The notes under the pieces were generated by a model, which saw nothing but the letters and a program-made list of their open reading frames with translations, was not told where the DNA came from and did not search any database. 64,000 nt of DNA. Origin: Eledone cirrhosa. Taxonomy: Eukaryota. Below are positions 24,848 through 38,605 of the stretch, one piece after another; position 1 is the first letter of the stretch, and every line of letters starts with the position of its first letter. Position numbers and translations under genes: made by a program. The stretch is taken from positions 271,064,001-271,128,000 of the forward strand of contig OZ024743.1 of the NCBI GenBank assembly GCA_964016885.1. Reading direction: 5' to 3'.

Positions 24848-25647
24848 TAGAGGGCGGTGGATTGGCAGTATCGGTAGAGGGTCGGACACCATGCTTTCTA
24901 GCATAGTTACGTCCCTTTACAGTCTGAGTTCAAATCCCGCCAAGATTAACTTTGTCTTTCATCCTTACGGGGTCGATAAAATAAAGTACCAGTAATGTAC
25001 TGAGTAATTGCTGGCCTTGTGCCTAAAGTAGAAACAATTATTATTATAGAGGGCGGTGGATTGGCAGTATCGGTAGAGGGTCGGACGCCATGCTTTGCAG
25101 CATAGAGTTATGGCCCTTTATGATCTGAGTTCAAATCCCGCCAAGGTTAACTTTGCCTTTCATCCTTACAGGGTCGATCAAATAAAGTACCAGTGATGCA
25201 CTGGGTAATTGCTGGCCTTGTGCCTAAAGTAGAAACAATTATTATTATAGAGGGCGGTGGATTGGCAGTATCGGTAGAGGGTCGGACGCCATGCTTTGCA
25301 GCATAGAGTTATGGCCCTTTATGATCTGAGTTCAAATCCCGCCAAGGTTAACTTTGCCTTTCATCCTTACAGGGTCGATCAAATAAAGTACCAGTGATGC
25401 ACTGGGTAATTGCTGGCCTTGTGCCTAAAGTAGAAACAATTATTATTATAGAGGGCGGTGGATTGGCAGTATCGGTAGAGGGTCGGACGCCATGCTTTGC
25501 AGCATAGAGTTATGGCCCTTTATGATCTGAGTTCAAATCCCGCCAAGGTTAACTTTGCCTTTCATCCTTACAGGGTCGATCAAATAAAGTACCAGTGATG
25601 CACTGGGTAATTGCTGGCCTTGTGCCTAAAGTAGAAACAATTATTAT
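24848..25647 (+). mobile_element. Head-to-tail array of four tRNA-derived SINE units (199-201 bp)
   Basis: Units start at 24848, 25047, 25248 and 25449. Each has A-box TGGCAGTATCGG, B-box GAGTTCAAATCC and an (ATT)n tail. Confidence 0.92.
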
Positions 25648-27263
25648 ATATGTATACACACATATGTATAGGTGTGTGTGTATAAGTACTCACTGTAAAT
25701 GAGGTTGGTGTTAGAAAGGGCATCCAGCTGTAGAAACCAAGCCAGAATCAGTTCTATATGTGCAAGACATGGTCACCTTGTCTAACCCATGCTTCACGGC
25801 ATAGAGTTACGGCCCTTTACGTTCTGAGTCAAATCTTGCTGAGTTTAGCTTTGCCTTTCATCCTTCAGAGGTTGATAAAATAAAATGCCAGTAACGCACT
25901 GGGGTCGATTTAATAGACCGTGTTTCCTACACCACCTCTTTACAGTGTGGACTGGGTGCTTTTTGTTGTCACCAACACAGTGGATGGAGTAGGATGGGTG
26001 GGGTGGGGTGTATATTGGGTTAAGAGGTGCCTACTGACTGTAGGCACCTTATATATATATACACACACACACAGAGGTTGTCCCTCAAAAATGTATACAC
26101 ATTTCAACAGCATTCTAATAAAAGTGTATATATATTTTTGGGACACCCTATATATATATATATTTATTTCACTACTTTCTGTATATTGAAATTAAAGAAT
26201 CATTTTAATTATCATGAGAGACAATACTACTCTCCATATATTGTCTGCCAAGCTTGATGCATCTCACTACCACCACCATCACCATATTCCCTTGTTGTTG
26301 TTGTTCAATAGTTGCTTTTATAAATCTTCTCCAGTGTGTCACATTGAAAAAACTAGCTGAAGTTCTTGGAACGGTACATTGGCACTTTACCAATAATCTA
26401 TAAATCAATTGTGGTCAGTGTGCGATTGTAACCAATCAATAAAAAATGCCTTGTGATTTTTTTTTTTATTTACTTTATTTGTCCAGGTAGCCTTGCACTC
26501 TCTCTCACTCTCTCTCTCTCTCTCTCTCTCTCTTCCTTTCCGCCATTTCTCCCCCTCCCTGTCTGTCTACACACATAGGTTGGTGTGTTTACATTAACTT
26601 ACACACAACCATTGTTGTATAGACCATTATATACAGATATTCTAGTACAACCGTGTTTAATTTTGTAGATGATATATACTGGGTGGCACATTGTGCCCTG
26701 GAGCAACATGCTTCATTTCATGTTGTTCCAATCTACTCAGCTGAAATAAAATTATTTCCAATTTACAAAAAAGTCTTTGCCTGTCAAGACTAGAACCCCT
26801 GTCGTTTGAACACCAAGTAACCTCCTTTGAGATGCAACTTCATAAGAGGTCAGCTAAACCGGTATAAGTATGAGCTGTAACAACAACAACAACATTCAAA
26901 TATTGATATTCAACACTGGCTCTATTCCCATCATTCACTCATTTTCATCCTTCCTCAGCACATGACCTAACCACCTCATTCCACTTTCACAACATTCATC
27001 ACTGGCTTTATTCTCATCATCCTCTCACCCAGTCACTTTCATCCTTCCTCAGCACATGACCCAACCATCTCATTTCATTTCTCTTCCCAACTTTGAGAAC
27101 TGGCTTTATTTCCATCACCCTCTCACCCAATCACTTTCAGCCTTCCTCAACACATGACCCAACCATTCCATTCTATTTCTCTTCAAAGTATTCATCACTA
27201 GTTCTATTCCCATTGTATGTGTATGAATATAATGTTTTACTTGTTTATGTCTGTGTCTGACAG

Positions 27264-27413
27264 GTATTCATACGAGAGTTGATCTCCAATGCCAGTGATG
27301 CACTAGAGAAGTTACGCTATCACCAATTATCTATCGACAACGTTCAGGACAAAGAACTCCCCCTTGAGATCCACATTGCTGTTGATGAAAATGATAAAAC
27401 CTTTACTATACAG
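27264..27413 (+). CDS. TRAP1: TRAP1 exon: [50 protein letters not shown]
   Basis: Hsp90 GHKL N-box [15 protein letters not shown]; boundaries cag| and |gtaagt; phase 0/0. Confidence 0.98.
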
Positions 27414-29886
27414 GTAAGTGTAAAGGCACATAGCCTAGTGGTTAGGGTGTTGGACTGACGATCATAAGGTCGTGGGTTGAATTCCTGAACCAGGAAGTAA
27501 GATGCTTTATTTTGTGTTGCTTTTCATGATAAGATTAGTTGGGGTGGTAGGCTCATTAAAACACCAAAGAAACCACCTATGAGATACCTAGTAGGAAGCA
27601 GCTGAAACTGTATAGGTGTGAACTGCATTTTTTTTTCAATTCATTTCACTTCATACAGGTAAGTTTCCAGGATTTTATGCCACTTTTTCCTTTTATTATT
27701 ACAGGTATGGGTGGTGGATTGGCAGTATCGGTAGAGGGTCGGACACCATGCTTTGCAGCAAATAGTTACGGCCCTTTATGGTCTGAGTTCAAATCCCGCC
27801 TTTCATCATTATGGGGTCGATAAAATAAAGTACCAGTAATACACTGAGATAATTGCTGGCCTTGTGCCAAAAGTAGAAACAATTATTACAGGTATGAATT
27901 TTATCAACCGCGTAAGGATGAGAGGCCAAATGAGGTTAGCTTTGTCTTTCATCCTTACGGAGTCAATAAAATAAAGCACCAGTTACATACTGGGGTTGAT
28001 TTAATCGACTTTTCCCTTCCCTTCAAATCCCTGACCTTGTGCAAAATGTAGAAACAATTATTGTATAAAGGTTGTGAACTGGCAGAGTCGTTAGAATGAT
28101 AGAATACTCTGTGGTATTTCTTCTGGCGCTCTGCTCTCACAATTCAAATTCCACTGAGCTCATCTTTGCCTTTCATACTTTCAAGGTTGATAAAAAAAAA
28201 TGTACCAGTCCAGTACTGGGATTAAATCTTCCTCTATATCTCTTTCTCACTCCCTATCTTTCTCTAGAAATCTGCTATGTTCAGACCTGGAGAGGAGATG
28301 GGCTCCATAAAGTTTTAAAATGCCCACAAAATGCTGTATATCGATATGGTGCCCCTATAACTCTATCAGGAGTTGTAGACCCATACATACATTACAAGTA
28401 TACCACTGATTTTCTGGCACCATATATTCCAAACCCATGCTGGATTATTTGTTTTTCCAAACTAGATATTACTTCACAAGAAACATTATAAAGTCAGAAA
28501 CTCTGTTGCAGCTCCTCAACTATAATAATATGAGGGTGCAAATGTTTAATCTTTTAGTATTTAAACTGGCTGTATCTGGCCAGAATTCTCTTACCTCTTT
28601 TTGTTTAAACCAGCAACCACTCATGCTAATGTTAAAGTATTGTTCTCAAAATAAATATCATCAAAATCTTGTAGCTTCGATATTATGAGAGATAATTATG
28701 AGAGATACATCCTTTACTGTGAAATAACTGTTTCTACTTTTGGCACAAGGCCAGCCATTACCCAGTGTATTACTGGTACTTTATTTTATCGACCCCCGTA
28801 AGGATGAAAGGCAAAGTTAACCTTGGCGGGATTTTAACTCAGAATGGCAACTCAATGCGTCAAAGCATAGCGTCCGACCCTCTACCGATACTGCCAATTC
28901 ACATGAAATAACATTAGTAAATATAGAGTAATGTGAATGTTAAATGGTTGAAATTAAATTCAATGCTATTTGGTAACCTGGCAGATAGCAAGAAATTTAA
29001 ATATCTACCTATGGTATTGGAGCATCAGTTGCAAGAAAATAGGTTTTGTACTTGGATCAGACAAAATGCTTCATAGCATCTATGTCTCTTTACATTCTGA
29101 GTCCAAATCCCACCAAGGTCAACTTTATCTTTCATCCTCCTAAGGTTGATAAAATAAGGTACCAGTCAAGTACTGTGGTTGATATAATTGACTTCCCCCT
29201 TCCCCAAAATTGTTGGCCTTGTGCCTAAATCAGAAACCATTGTTATTATTTTTCTTCAATGGGCAGTGGATTGACAGTATCAGTACAGTGTCAGACAAAA
29301 TGCTTTATGTATTTAATTACATCTTTCTATATTCTGTGTTCAAATCCCAGCGAAGTCAAGTTTGCCTTTCATTCTTTCGGAGTTGATAAAATGAAGTACC
29401 AGTTAAGGATTTTCCCCAGCCCCCAAATTGCTGTCCTTGAGTTAATGTTAGAAATATTATTTTTCTTTTAAGGATTACATAGTGAGCATTATTATGCTAT
29501 TTCCTTCACATGAGTGAAATGTGTGTATTTTAAGTATGTCTAAAGCAGAGTTTCCTAAGCTGGGCAATTTCAACTATTGGGTGCGATAAGCAACTAAACA
29601 GAAAATGGTGGGCGATTGGAAATTTTGGTGGAGGATATATATGCTGTAGCGATATGAAGCCATTTCTATATTAAATTTGATGTTTACACTCTACTATTGT
29701 ATTGAGTACCTTACTTACTGTGGTTACCCCCGATTAAGCCCGACACACACATATATATATACTCACATACACATGTAGTGGGAATATCAATATGTATGAG
29801 TATTTGTATTATATTTGCTTACATCAGTGTGTATATGTGTATGTGTGTGTGAGTGTATGAGTATAATATGTGTGTGTGTATGTATA

Positions 29887-29945
<59 letters not shown>

Positions 29946-31153
29946 ATCATTTTACGATTGTGTTCCATACTGTATATATGTATATGTTAAATAATTATAT
30001 ATACATATAGAGAGACATATAGTGTAAGTATGCATGGATTCGTGTGTGTGTCGTCTGTATGGTGGACAGCATGTGACAACATGTTAATGGCTATTGTAAA
30101 GCTAAGCTATCAAATTCTGCTGGTGTTGTTAACCCTATGTTGATGAATAAGCTGTTCATGGACATTAGCTTGTATTTCAGGCTATTGTCCAATCGCTACT
30201 TGATACCTTACATAGCCACCCACATAGAAAAATACAGAGCTGTGCTTTTGTTCTTATGTCTAGATATAATAAACATATAGAAGTTTCACTGTGGGTTTTT
30301 GAAGCTGTGGCCATTACTGAGGAAACTTGTCGCATTATCACAGCTTAAACTACTTGCAGAAGACTTACATGTTTATGGAAATACCAGTCAAATACGGTGT
30401 CGATATAATCCATTTTCCCTTCCCCTCCACTCAAACTGATTGTCTTTTGCCTAAATTAGAAATAATTGTATACGTAATAGTGTTGTTTATGCTTTCATAG
30501 ATATGCCTCTGTTGTGAATCACGCTGTGTTGGTGCTACTTCTAAATATGCACATATGTACCCTGATGCGTTTATGTGTGTGTGTATCACTGTTTGTGTGT
30601 CTGAGTGTGTATCAGTTTTAGTGTGTGTCACTATCAGTGTGTTTCTCTGTTACTCAATGTAGATTACATTTGAAAATCATGAGTTGTTGCCCTTAGTTGT
30701 TTGGTCGTTGTGAAGCTTAGTCTCGAGTTATTTACCGTATTTGAAGGCATAGAGACAAAAAGTAAGAAGAAAAGAAAAAAAAATGGCTCAAAAAATATTG
30801 CCCGGGTCTTACATACGAAGTTGAGATTTCTGTTAGACTAATGTTGGGTTTTTTTAAATGTTGAAAGAAATGGAGGGGGGGGGGGTCTTATATGTCCAAG
30901 GCTACTTACTATATGACATCAAATACGATAGTTTGGGGGTTTAAAATAGATTTTATGTATGTTCTGTTTCCAAATAGGATAACAAAGTAAATAACAAACA
31001 AATAAATGAATAAAGGCTGAAAAACTGTTGTCGTGGCAATTTTTTCTTTTAATATAACAAATTATATTTTAATGTTTATATTTGTTAGTACAGTAACATG
31101 ATTGTGCATACCATCTACTATTTACTCACACACACACACACACACACACACAC

Positions 31154-31184
<31 letters not shown>

Positions 31185-31224
31185 ACAAACATCATAAATT
31201 TTAATTTCCAGACAAGTGTGAGGT

Positions 31225-34200
31225 ATCATCATCATCATCACTGTTTTACGTCCGTTCTTCCACGCTAGCATGGGTTAGCCGGGTTGTCCTGTTGTGGGCA
31301 GTAGCCGGTCGGCTGACCATGTCTCGCTCATACGGGAACTGATTGTGGCATGATTTCTACAGCTGGATTCCCTTCCTAACGCCAACCTCATTTACAGTGA
31401 GTGCTGGGTGCTTTTTTTCCGTGGCGCCTACATGTCCACTTTACAGTGTGGGCTGGATCCTTTTTTGCAGTGGGAGGGGGCGGGGCATATTGTCTATATG
31501 CTTCAGCTTCGGCTTGTACCCGTGGGAGGTCGGGTCTTCTGTATTACTGCGTGACGCCAGGGGTCACGGTCGTGTCATCGCCTTTGAGAGGTGTAATTGG
31601 TTACGGTCGGCTTTTATCACCTTTTAGCAGTATTGGTTATAGATGTTATCGCCACTTTAGCAGGGTGGTAGAATCAGTGGTCGTTAGTTGCCAGTGTGGT
31701 AAGTGATAGTATCCTCGTTGGATTATCTTGTTGACATAGACGTGAGGGAAGGTCCCTCGATCTATTTACCATCTATTTACAATATTCCTTTCGTCAGGTC
31801 GCCAATTCCAGCAGCATGGATTAAAGATGTCATTGAGACACGAGTAACATAACAACGACTTCAACCGCAGTAATTAGAGATGAAATGTTTGTTTATTTAT
31901 ATGGTTGAAGTTACAGATACAAAGAGGTTACCAAATGGAATGTGCCATTGCGCCGTTAAGCCGGCGAGGCTAGTGGTGCAATATCTCACTGTTACATTAT
32001 GCGTGTTGCTGGCTCGAAGTTTCTGGTACAAGCTAGAGATTCTTCAAATCTTCGCGGGGAATTTCTTCCTCAGGGCGCGTAGGGATACATCCTCTTCTAC
32101 TGGCGCTGATTGGCTGAACTGAGCCAAATCACGCACAGAGAATGTATGTGAGCCCGCGGAATGTAGGCCACTACATCACCTCCAACCAGATTTTCAGCCG
32201 AAAATCGATAACGAAGAAACCAAGGACTCACATATTAAATCAGTAAGAACAAATGCTGAAAGAGCACATCAGTGAAAAAAATAATTGAGCAGAAGGTTGC
32301 ATGCAAGAACAAAAAATGAGGCACTACGGGCCGTGTTGAGCCGCTGTGTCAAATGACCAGTTGTTTTGTTGTTTATACGTGACCGCCAAAGGTCTAACAA
32401 AAAACGGATAAAGTCTGACATGGGCGAAGTTGCCGTTCTTGCATTAAATGTTAATGGTAAGCGTTGTACCAGTAGCTGTGAACGAAGCTATTATGGTAGT
32501 TTACCAGTGCTGGCGAGAAAATGATGGCCCCCAGATGTATTGTCGAATGTGCTGTGGAGCCAGGAAAAAATGGCTGGTTGCTTTGTAAAGAACAAAAGGC
32601 AAGTTTAATCTGTAGGTGGGTTGCAGTGTAAATTCCATAATTCGGGCGAATCCACAGAAGTGGCCGAAATGCTAACAAGTCCAGTTCAATTTGTTGCTTT
32701 CCCAGCGAGTCGGGCAAAAACAACAAGACGGATGGCCGTCATGGACGATCAGTGTGCAACGAGATGCGAAGCTGTTTGAGTTCAGCTGCAATGTATTCTC
32801 GTGTTGCGGTGCCTGTTTGAATCCAGTGGATTAAGCTCTGTGAGCTGCTAGCATGTGACAGCATCTCAACCAGGTGAAAAGGGACTCGCAGAATATTACG
32901 TTTGAAGAACATATACCAAGAACAACATGTTGGTGTGTGATAAAAAAAATGTGTGCATATGCAGGCATGTAAAACAGCAAAGAATGTGAATGAACAAAAA
33001 CTATGAGCAAGCAAATAGCAAAAGAGCACAAAACAAGTAAATGCATTCTACAAAGAAATATGTGAATGTAACAAACTGATAATTCAAAGTCAAGCTAGGG
33101 GAGCAGAGAAATTGCTCAATAAGTTCAAAGTTTTTCAAAGTCAAATAGTTCACACATCACCAGTGTACAGACACTAGTTCTATCTGAAAACTGAAAAAGA
33201 AGTTTGTTAATGCCGTTAGGGGTTAGATGTATGGTGTTTTTGTGAGATTTCGTGGCCATCTTCCCGTCCCGCCACACGGTAGTGTTGCTTATTGTTAAAG
33301 TAATGTCAAAGAATCTTCTGTAGAGTAGGAGTCACCAAATATGGCAGTCACGTCTGACGCCATAATGGTGAGAAAACTACTGTCTCAATTTCTCGCGTCC
33401 CTGTGGTAACGAGACAGAAGGTATGGTGGTTGCGTCGGTAAAGTTACAAGCCGTTTTGAAATTTCCGACGTGTGGTGGTTGGCGTTGGTAAGGTTATGAA
33501 GCTGCCACTCACTGTTCCCTGTATTGGTCAGTGGTTAAACAACGCTGTCGCTGCTGCTGTCATTGTTGTTGTCAAGCGTAGCCATGACATGTCGGTAGCC
33601 ATCTTGAAATTTTTTCGTGGCGAAAAAGTCTTTGAAATACTGCTAATTTTTCAAAAATCTTAAAAGGAATATTCTGGATTTTCGCAAGTTGCGACGTGGC
33701 AATAAAAGTTAAACTGAATGAATAAGAAGGGCTGCGTGATATTCTTACGTCGGTCACCACTTTAGCAGTATTGGTTATAGATGTTATCGCCACTTTAGCA
33801 GGGTGGTAGAATCAGTGGTCGTTAGTTGCCAGTGTGGTAAGTGATAGTATCCTCGTTGGATTATCTTGTTGACATAGACGTGAGGGAAGGTCCCTCGATC
33901 TATTTACCATCTATTTACAATATTCCTTTCGTCAGGTCGCCAATTCCAGCAGCATGGATTAAAGATGTCATTGAGACACGAGTAACATAACAACGACTTC
34001 AACCGCAGTAATTAGAGATGAAATGTTTGTTTATTTATATGGTTGAAGTTACAGATACAAAGAGGTTACCAAATGGAATGTGCCATTGCGCCGTTAAGCC
34101 GGCGAGGCTAGTGGTGCAATATCTCACTGTTACATTATGCGTGTTGCTGGCTCGAAGTTTCTGGTACAAGCTAGAGATTCTTCAAATCTTCGCGGGGAAT

Positions 34201-34660
34201 TTCTTCCTCAGGGCGCGTAGGGATACATCCTCTTCTACTGGCGCTGATTGGCTGAACTGAGCCAAATCACGCACAGAGAATGTATGTGAGCCCGCGAATG
34301 TAGGTCACTACATCCTCATCCCAGGTCTTCTTGGGTCTCCCCACTCCGCGGCTTCCATCGACTTCTAGTGTTCTGCACCTTTTTATGCAGCTGTCATCCT
34401 TCATACGCATCACATGTCCATACCAACGCAACCTCCTCTTCTGCGCACAGCATTTGATTCCTCTTATGCTCAGTCTCTCTCTCAATTGGTTTATGCTTTG
34501 TCGTTCGCATATATTACTATTACACATCCATCGGAGCATGCAGGCTTCGTTTCTTTCTAATCTACGCAAGTCTTCTACAGACAGCGCCCAGGTCTCACTA
34601 CCATGTAACATTGCTGTTACACGCATCATACAATCTGCCCTTCATTTTGAGGGAAAAGCC
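31225..34660 (-). mobile_element. Truncated RTE LINE (31225-31622 plus 34313-34660) split by an LTR element
   Basis: The two halves rejoin to ttttatcacctcatccc, as in the uninterrupted copy at 53576-53592. ORF 34267-34629 encodes the RT C-terminus. Confidence 0.9.
31623..34312 (-). mobile_element. Non-autonomous Gypsy-like LTR retrotransposon (LTRs 31623-32175 and 33761-34312)
   Basis: 553- and 552-bp near-identical direct repeats, with a minus-strand start TGTAGTG. PBS TGGTGACCGACGT follows the 5' LTR and purine-rich GGAGGTGA precedes the 3' LTR. The 4-bp TSD is acct/tcct. Confidence 0.9.
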
Positions 34661-35129
34661 TTAAATGTATGCATGTATATAGTAGTAACCTAACCACTGC
34701 CATGCTGGTCGATACAGCATCTCCACCGTTCAATCAACACTCTGAAACTATCGTAAAACAATGAACTAAGTCTCTATCTACACCTGACTTCTGTTTTCAT
34801 TGTTCAAACACACATATATAAAAAAAATATGTGGGGGAAAAAAGGGAACAGAAAACACAGAAGACACAAACACAAGGACGATTCCTGTTCATCGGCTGTT
34901 TTCTGTGGATGATTATAGTTTTGAATGCATTAAAGACAGGACTCTTCACCACACTGCATCAAGCTATTCAGGAAGAAAACGCAACAGACGTTGGATGAAG
35001 AAAAACAAAAAAAAAACAACCAAGAAATATCGACATACAAATATGGGACAGGAGAAAGTTACAATCGAAAGAAGCACACATAAGTGTGGTTAGTAACATT
35101 AACTGTATATTGTAATATTTTCATTTCAG

Positions 35130-35201
35130 GATACTGGACTAGGGATGAATAAAGATGAAATCATTGAAAATCTAGGAACTATAGCCCGGTCTGGCTCCAC
35201 T
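35130..35201 (+). CDS. TRAP1: TRAP1 exon: [24 protein letters not shown]
   Basis: GHKL G1 box DxGxGM and NLGTIARSG; boundaries tttcag| and |gtaagt. Confidence 0.98.
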
Positions 35202-36582
35202 GTAAGTACCATAATTCTTCACTTCATATCATGGCAGTGAAATGTCTAATTATTACTACCAGAGCTGCCATAGTAATTGATCAGATTTGATTAAATTTTG
35301 CAATACTCCTTCAGATACTACAGATAATCAATGACAAACTAAAGTTTTAGTAACAGCTGTTGTAGATTGTGAATCTGGATCATAGATAATATACTACATT
35401 GTTGTGACATCATCATCATCACCATTTAATGTCTATTTTCCACACTAGCATGGGTTAGACAAGTTGTCCCATTGTGAGTCTAGTCAGATCAAGTGACCTC
35501 GTCTTACTCATACAGACTTGATTTTTATTGCTGGTCCTTCCTAATGCCAACCACATTTACAGCGTGGGCTGGGTGCTTTTTACCATGGCACCAAAACCAA
35601 CTGACAAGTTCAACCGGGTACTTTTTTATTGTGTCACCAGCACAACCACTTTACAAGGTGGGCTGTAAACCTTGATATTTTAAGACATACTAAAATGTTG
35701 TGACATAGTTTAGACACACCAGTTATAGATTGTAAACCTGAATCACCTTTTGACACTAACCGGGTCAAAACCAACCCTAGTTCTATGAAACAAAACCACC
35801 CATTTTAAAGGGTTTCTATTTAAATTAAAATCTTTCAACATGATTTTATATTAGAACCATATGGTTAAGTTACTATCTTAGTAATAAAATAATTAATAAT
35901 TTTAGTAAATCTCTCCAACTTTTTCAGTAATTAAATGAAATAAAGTATATTTTATTAGGAATACAATCATGAAAGGGTTAACAATTTTGATACTAACCAG
36001 GCCAAAACGATCTCTGGATCTATAAAATAAAACCACCCCTCGTGATGTAAGAGGGGTGGAGGCATACAGAGATTTATGGTCAGATGTAAGATATATAACA
36101 ATCACTGTGTGGAATAGCTATTTTAGACATTTAAAACACAATAATTAACTTTACATCCTATATATTATTTACTTAAAGTAAGGTTAACAATTTGTTTGTT
36201 GTTCAATGGCTAAAAATGATTCTACCAGGCAGTAGTTGATCTTGTTTCAACACAGTTTCAGATCAAGTCATTTGCCAGACAAGTATAACTCCACATCATC
36301 ATCATCATTGTTTAATGTCCATCTTCCACGCTAGCATGGGTTAGGACGGGCTATGCCTTTGTGAGGGATCAGGTCAGGGGATTGTAATTTGCTCACACAG
36401 AACTGATTTTGACTTGGTTTCTACAGCTCGATGCCCTTCCTAACGCCAACCACATTGACAGTCTGTGCTGGGTGCTTTTTGTCATGACACGTACATGACC
36501 ACTATAGTGTGGGCTGGGCTCTTTTGTCGTGGCTCCATAATATATATAATTTCAACATTACTGTTTTGTGTCTATTTGACAG

Positions 36583-36749
36583 GAATTCCTGAAAAAGATG
36601 CAAGAACAACCAGGTGGTAATGTCAGCAACAACATTATTGGTCAGTTTGGTGTTGGATTCTACTCCACATTCATGGTTGGTAACACAGTGGAGGTGTACA
36701 CACAGTCCTATATGCCTGGAACACCAGCCTATAAATGGTCATCTGATGG
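36583..36749 (+). CDS. TRAP1: TRAP1 exon: [56 protein letters not shown]
   Basis: [10 protein letters not shown] signature; boundaries cag| and |gtaaga; ends phase 2. Confidence 0.98.
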
Positions 36750-38039
36750 GTAAGAATCTTTAAACATCCTATTGATTAAGCCCTTTTAAGACCATAAACA
36801 CTTAACCCTTTAGCATTCACATTATTCACTCTATATATACTATTATATTTTCATGGTAAAGGCTTTACCTCGCATATCTCACATAATATCGAATCTATGA
36901 GATTTTGAAAGTATTTATTTTGAGAATACCTTAACATCATTATGAGTGGCCAGTTACAGCCAGTTTCAACAGAAAGAGGTACAGAATTCTGGCCAGTTTT
37001 GGGCAGTTTGAACATTAAAGGGTTAAAGGATTATATACCCCACTCTCTGTAAAGTCTGCCAAAAAAAATTTTTTTTATGACAAATACATTTAATTTGAAT
37101 AAAATAGTGTCCCTCTCCTCTTGATGCCCTAAGCATGAGTTTATTTTACTTAATGCTTAATCCAATCTTTCTTGAATTGGTAAGTATTTGGAGCTGTATT
37201 GAATAGTACGCTGTGTGTGTGCATTGTATAGCTAACACAGTAGACACACTGGGTCCAGATTTACTTACCAAAGATAACTGGGCATGGAGGAGGATATATG
37301 TTTGATTTCAGTGAATAATTCTAACTTGTTGAATGTTACACACATAAAACTGTTAACATAGGTTATAGATTCCAAGGCACTAGACACACATTGAACAAAT
37401 CAATGCATCAGGTTATATTTTCATCATCATCATCATCAATATATTCACTTTTCCAAGCTGGTATGGGTTGGATGGGATGGTTTGAGACAATGTTTTACAG
37501 TCAGATGCCCTTCTTGTCACTAGCCATTCCTTTTCATCAGCTCTTACAACATGCAGGGATACAGTGCAAACCAGGATTCACACAGCATCTTTTGTATGAT
37601 AAAATTGATGAGCAATCAGTATATTGCATTCTAATATTTTGAGATATTACAGTTTTAATGATTTTATGTTTGGAAATCATAAATCTGAAGTGGTTGGCAT
37701 TAGGAAAGGCATCCAGTCGTAGAAACCATGCTCCCAGTATATGACATAAAATGGTTGGTATTATGAAGGGCATCTAGCCATAGAAATGGAGCATAAAATC
37801 AAAACCCAAAATTGCTGGCCTTGTGTCTGAATTAGAAATCCTAATTATTATCATGTATAATAGATGTCAAATTCTTTCTTGGCCGATTTAATTCTGTGTC
37901 TGAAGCCAGTAGACAAGTAGGCATTAGACAGCAGTACAATTGTTTAATACGGCATAATACAGAATATTATTGGGAAGACTTGTGGCAAATCACATACCAC
38001 TCTCATGTACAACATATATCACAAAAGACTTAAGACCTC

Positions 38040-38605
38040 TCTATCTCTCGCTCTCTGTCTGTGTCTCCCCCCCCTCCTCTCTCCTCTCCCCATCTCCTCT
38101 TTCCCTCTCCCCCATCTCTCTCCCTCTCCCTCATCTCCTCTCTCTCCTCTCCCCATCTTTCTCTCCTCCTTTCTCCCCCTCTCCTCTCCCCCATATCTCT
38201 CTCTCCTCCTTTCTCCCCCTCTCCTCTCTCCTTTCTCCACCCTCTCTCTCCACCCTCTCTCTCCACCCCCTCTCTCCACCCCCTTTCTCTCCACCCCCTC
38301 TCTCCATCCCCTCTCTCCACCCCCTCTCAATCCCCTCTCTCCACCCCCTCTCTCTCCTCCTCTCTCCATCCCCTCTCTCCACCCCACCCCCTTATCACCC
38401 CCTCTCTCCACCCCTCTCTCCACCCCCTCTCTCCACTCTCTCTCCATCCCCTCTCTCCATCCCCTCTCTCCATCCCCTCTCTCCATCCCCTCTTTCCATC
38501 CCCTCTCTCCATCCCCTCTCTCCACCCTCTCTCTCCACCCCCTCTCTCTCCACCCTTTCTCTCTACCCTCTCTCTCCACCCTCTCTCTCCTCTCTCCACC
38601 CTCTC
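38040..38605. repeat. CT-rich low-complexity/minisatellite tract (ctctctccaccc units)
   Basis: Direct inspection. It explains the ORFs between 37970 and 38635. Confidence 0.95.

Noticed and set aside
24848-25647. CRISPR-like or tRNA gene array
   Set aside because: The units are contiguous with no unique spacers, have no full cloverleaf, and match the dispersed SINE. The context is eukaryotic.
27575-27622. Possible third hammerhead (gaaac..gta with flanking acct/aggt)
   Set aside because: The CUGANGA core is absent.
31880-32122. Duplicated 80-aa ORF (also 34018-34260) as a paralogous gene pair
   Set aside because: Both lie within the two LTRs, antisense to the element, and show no recognisable motif.
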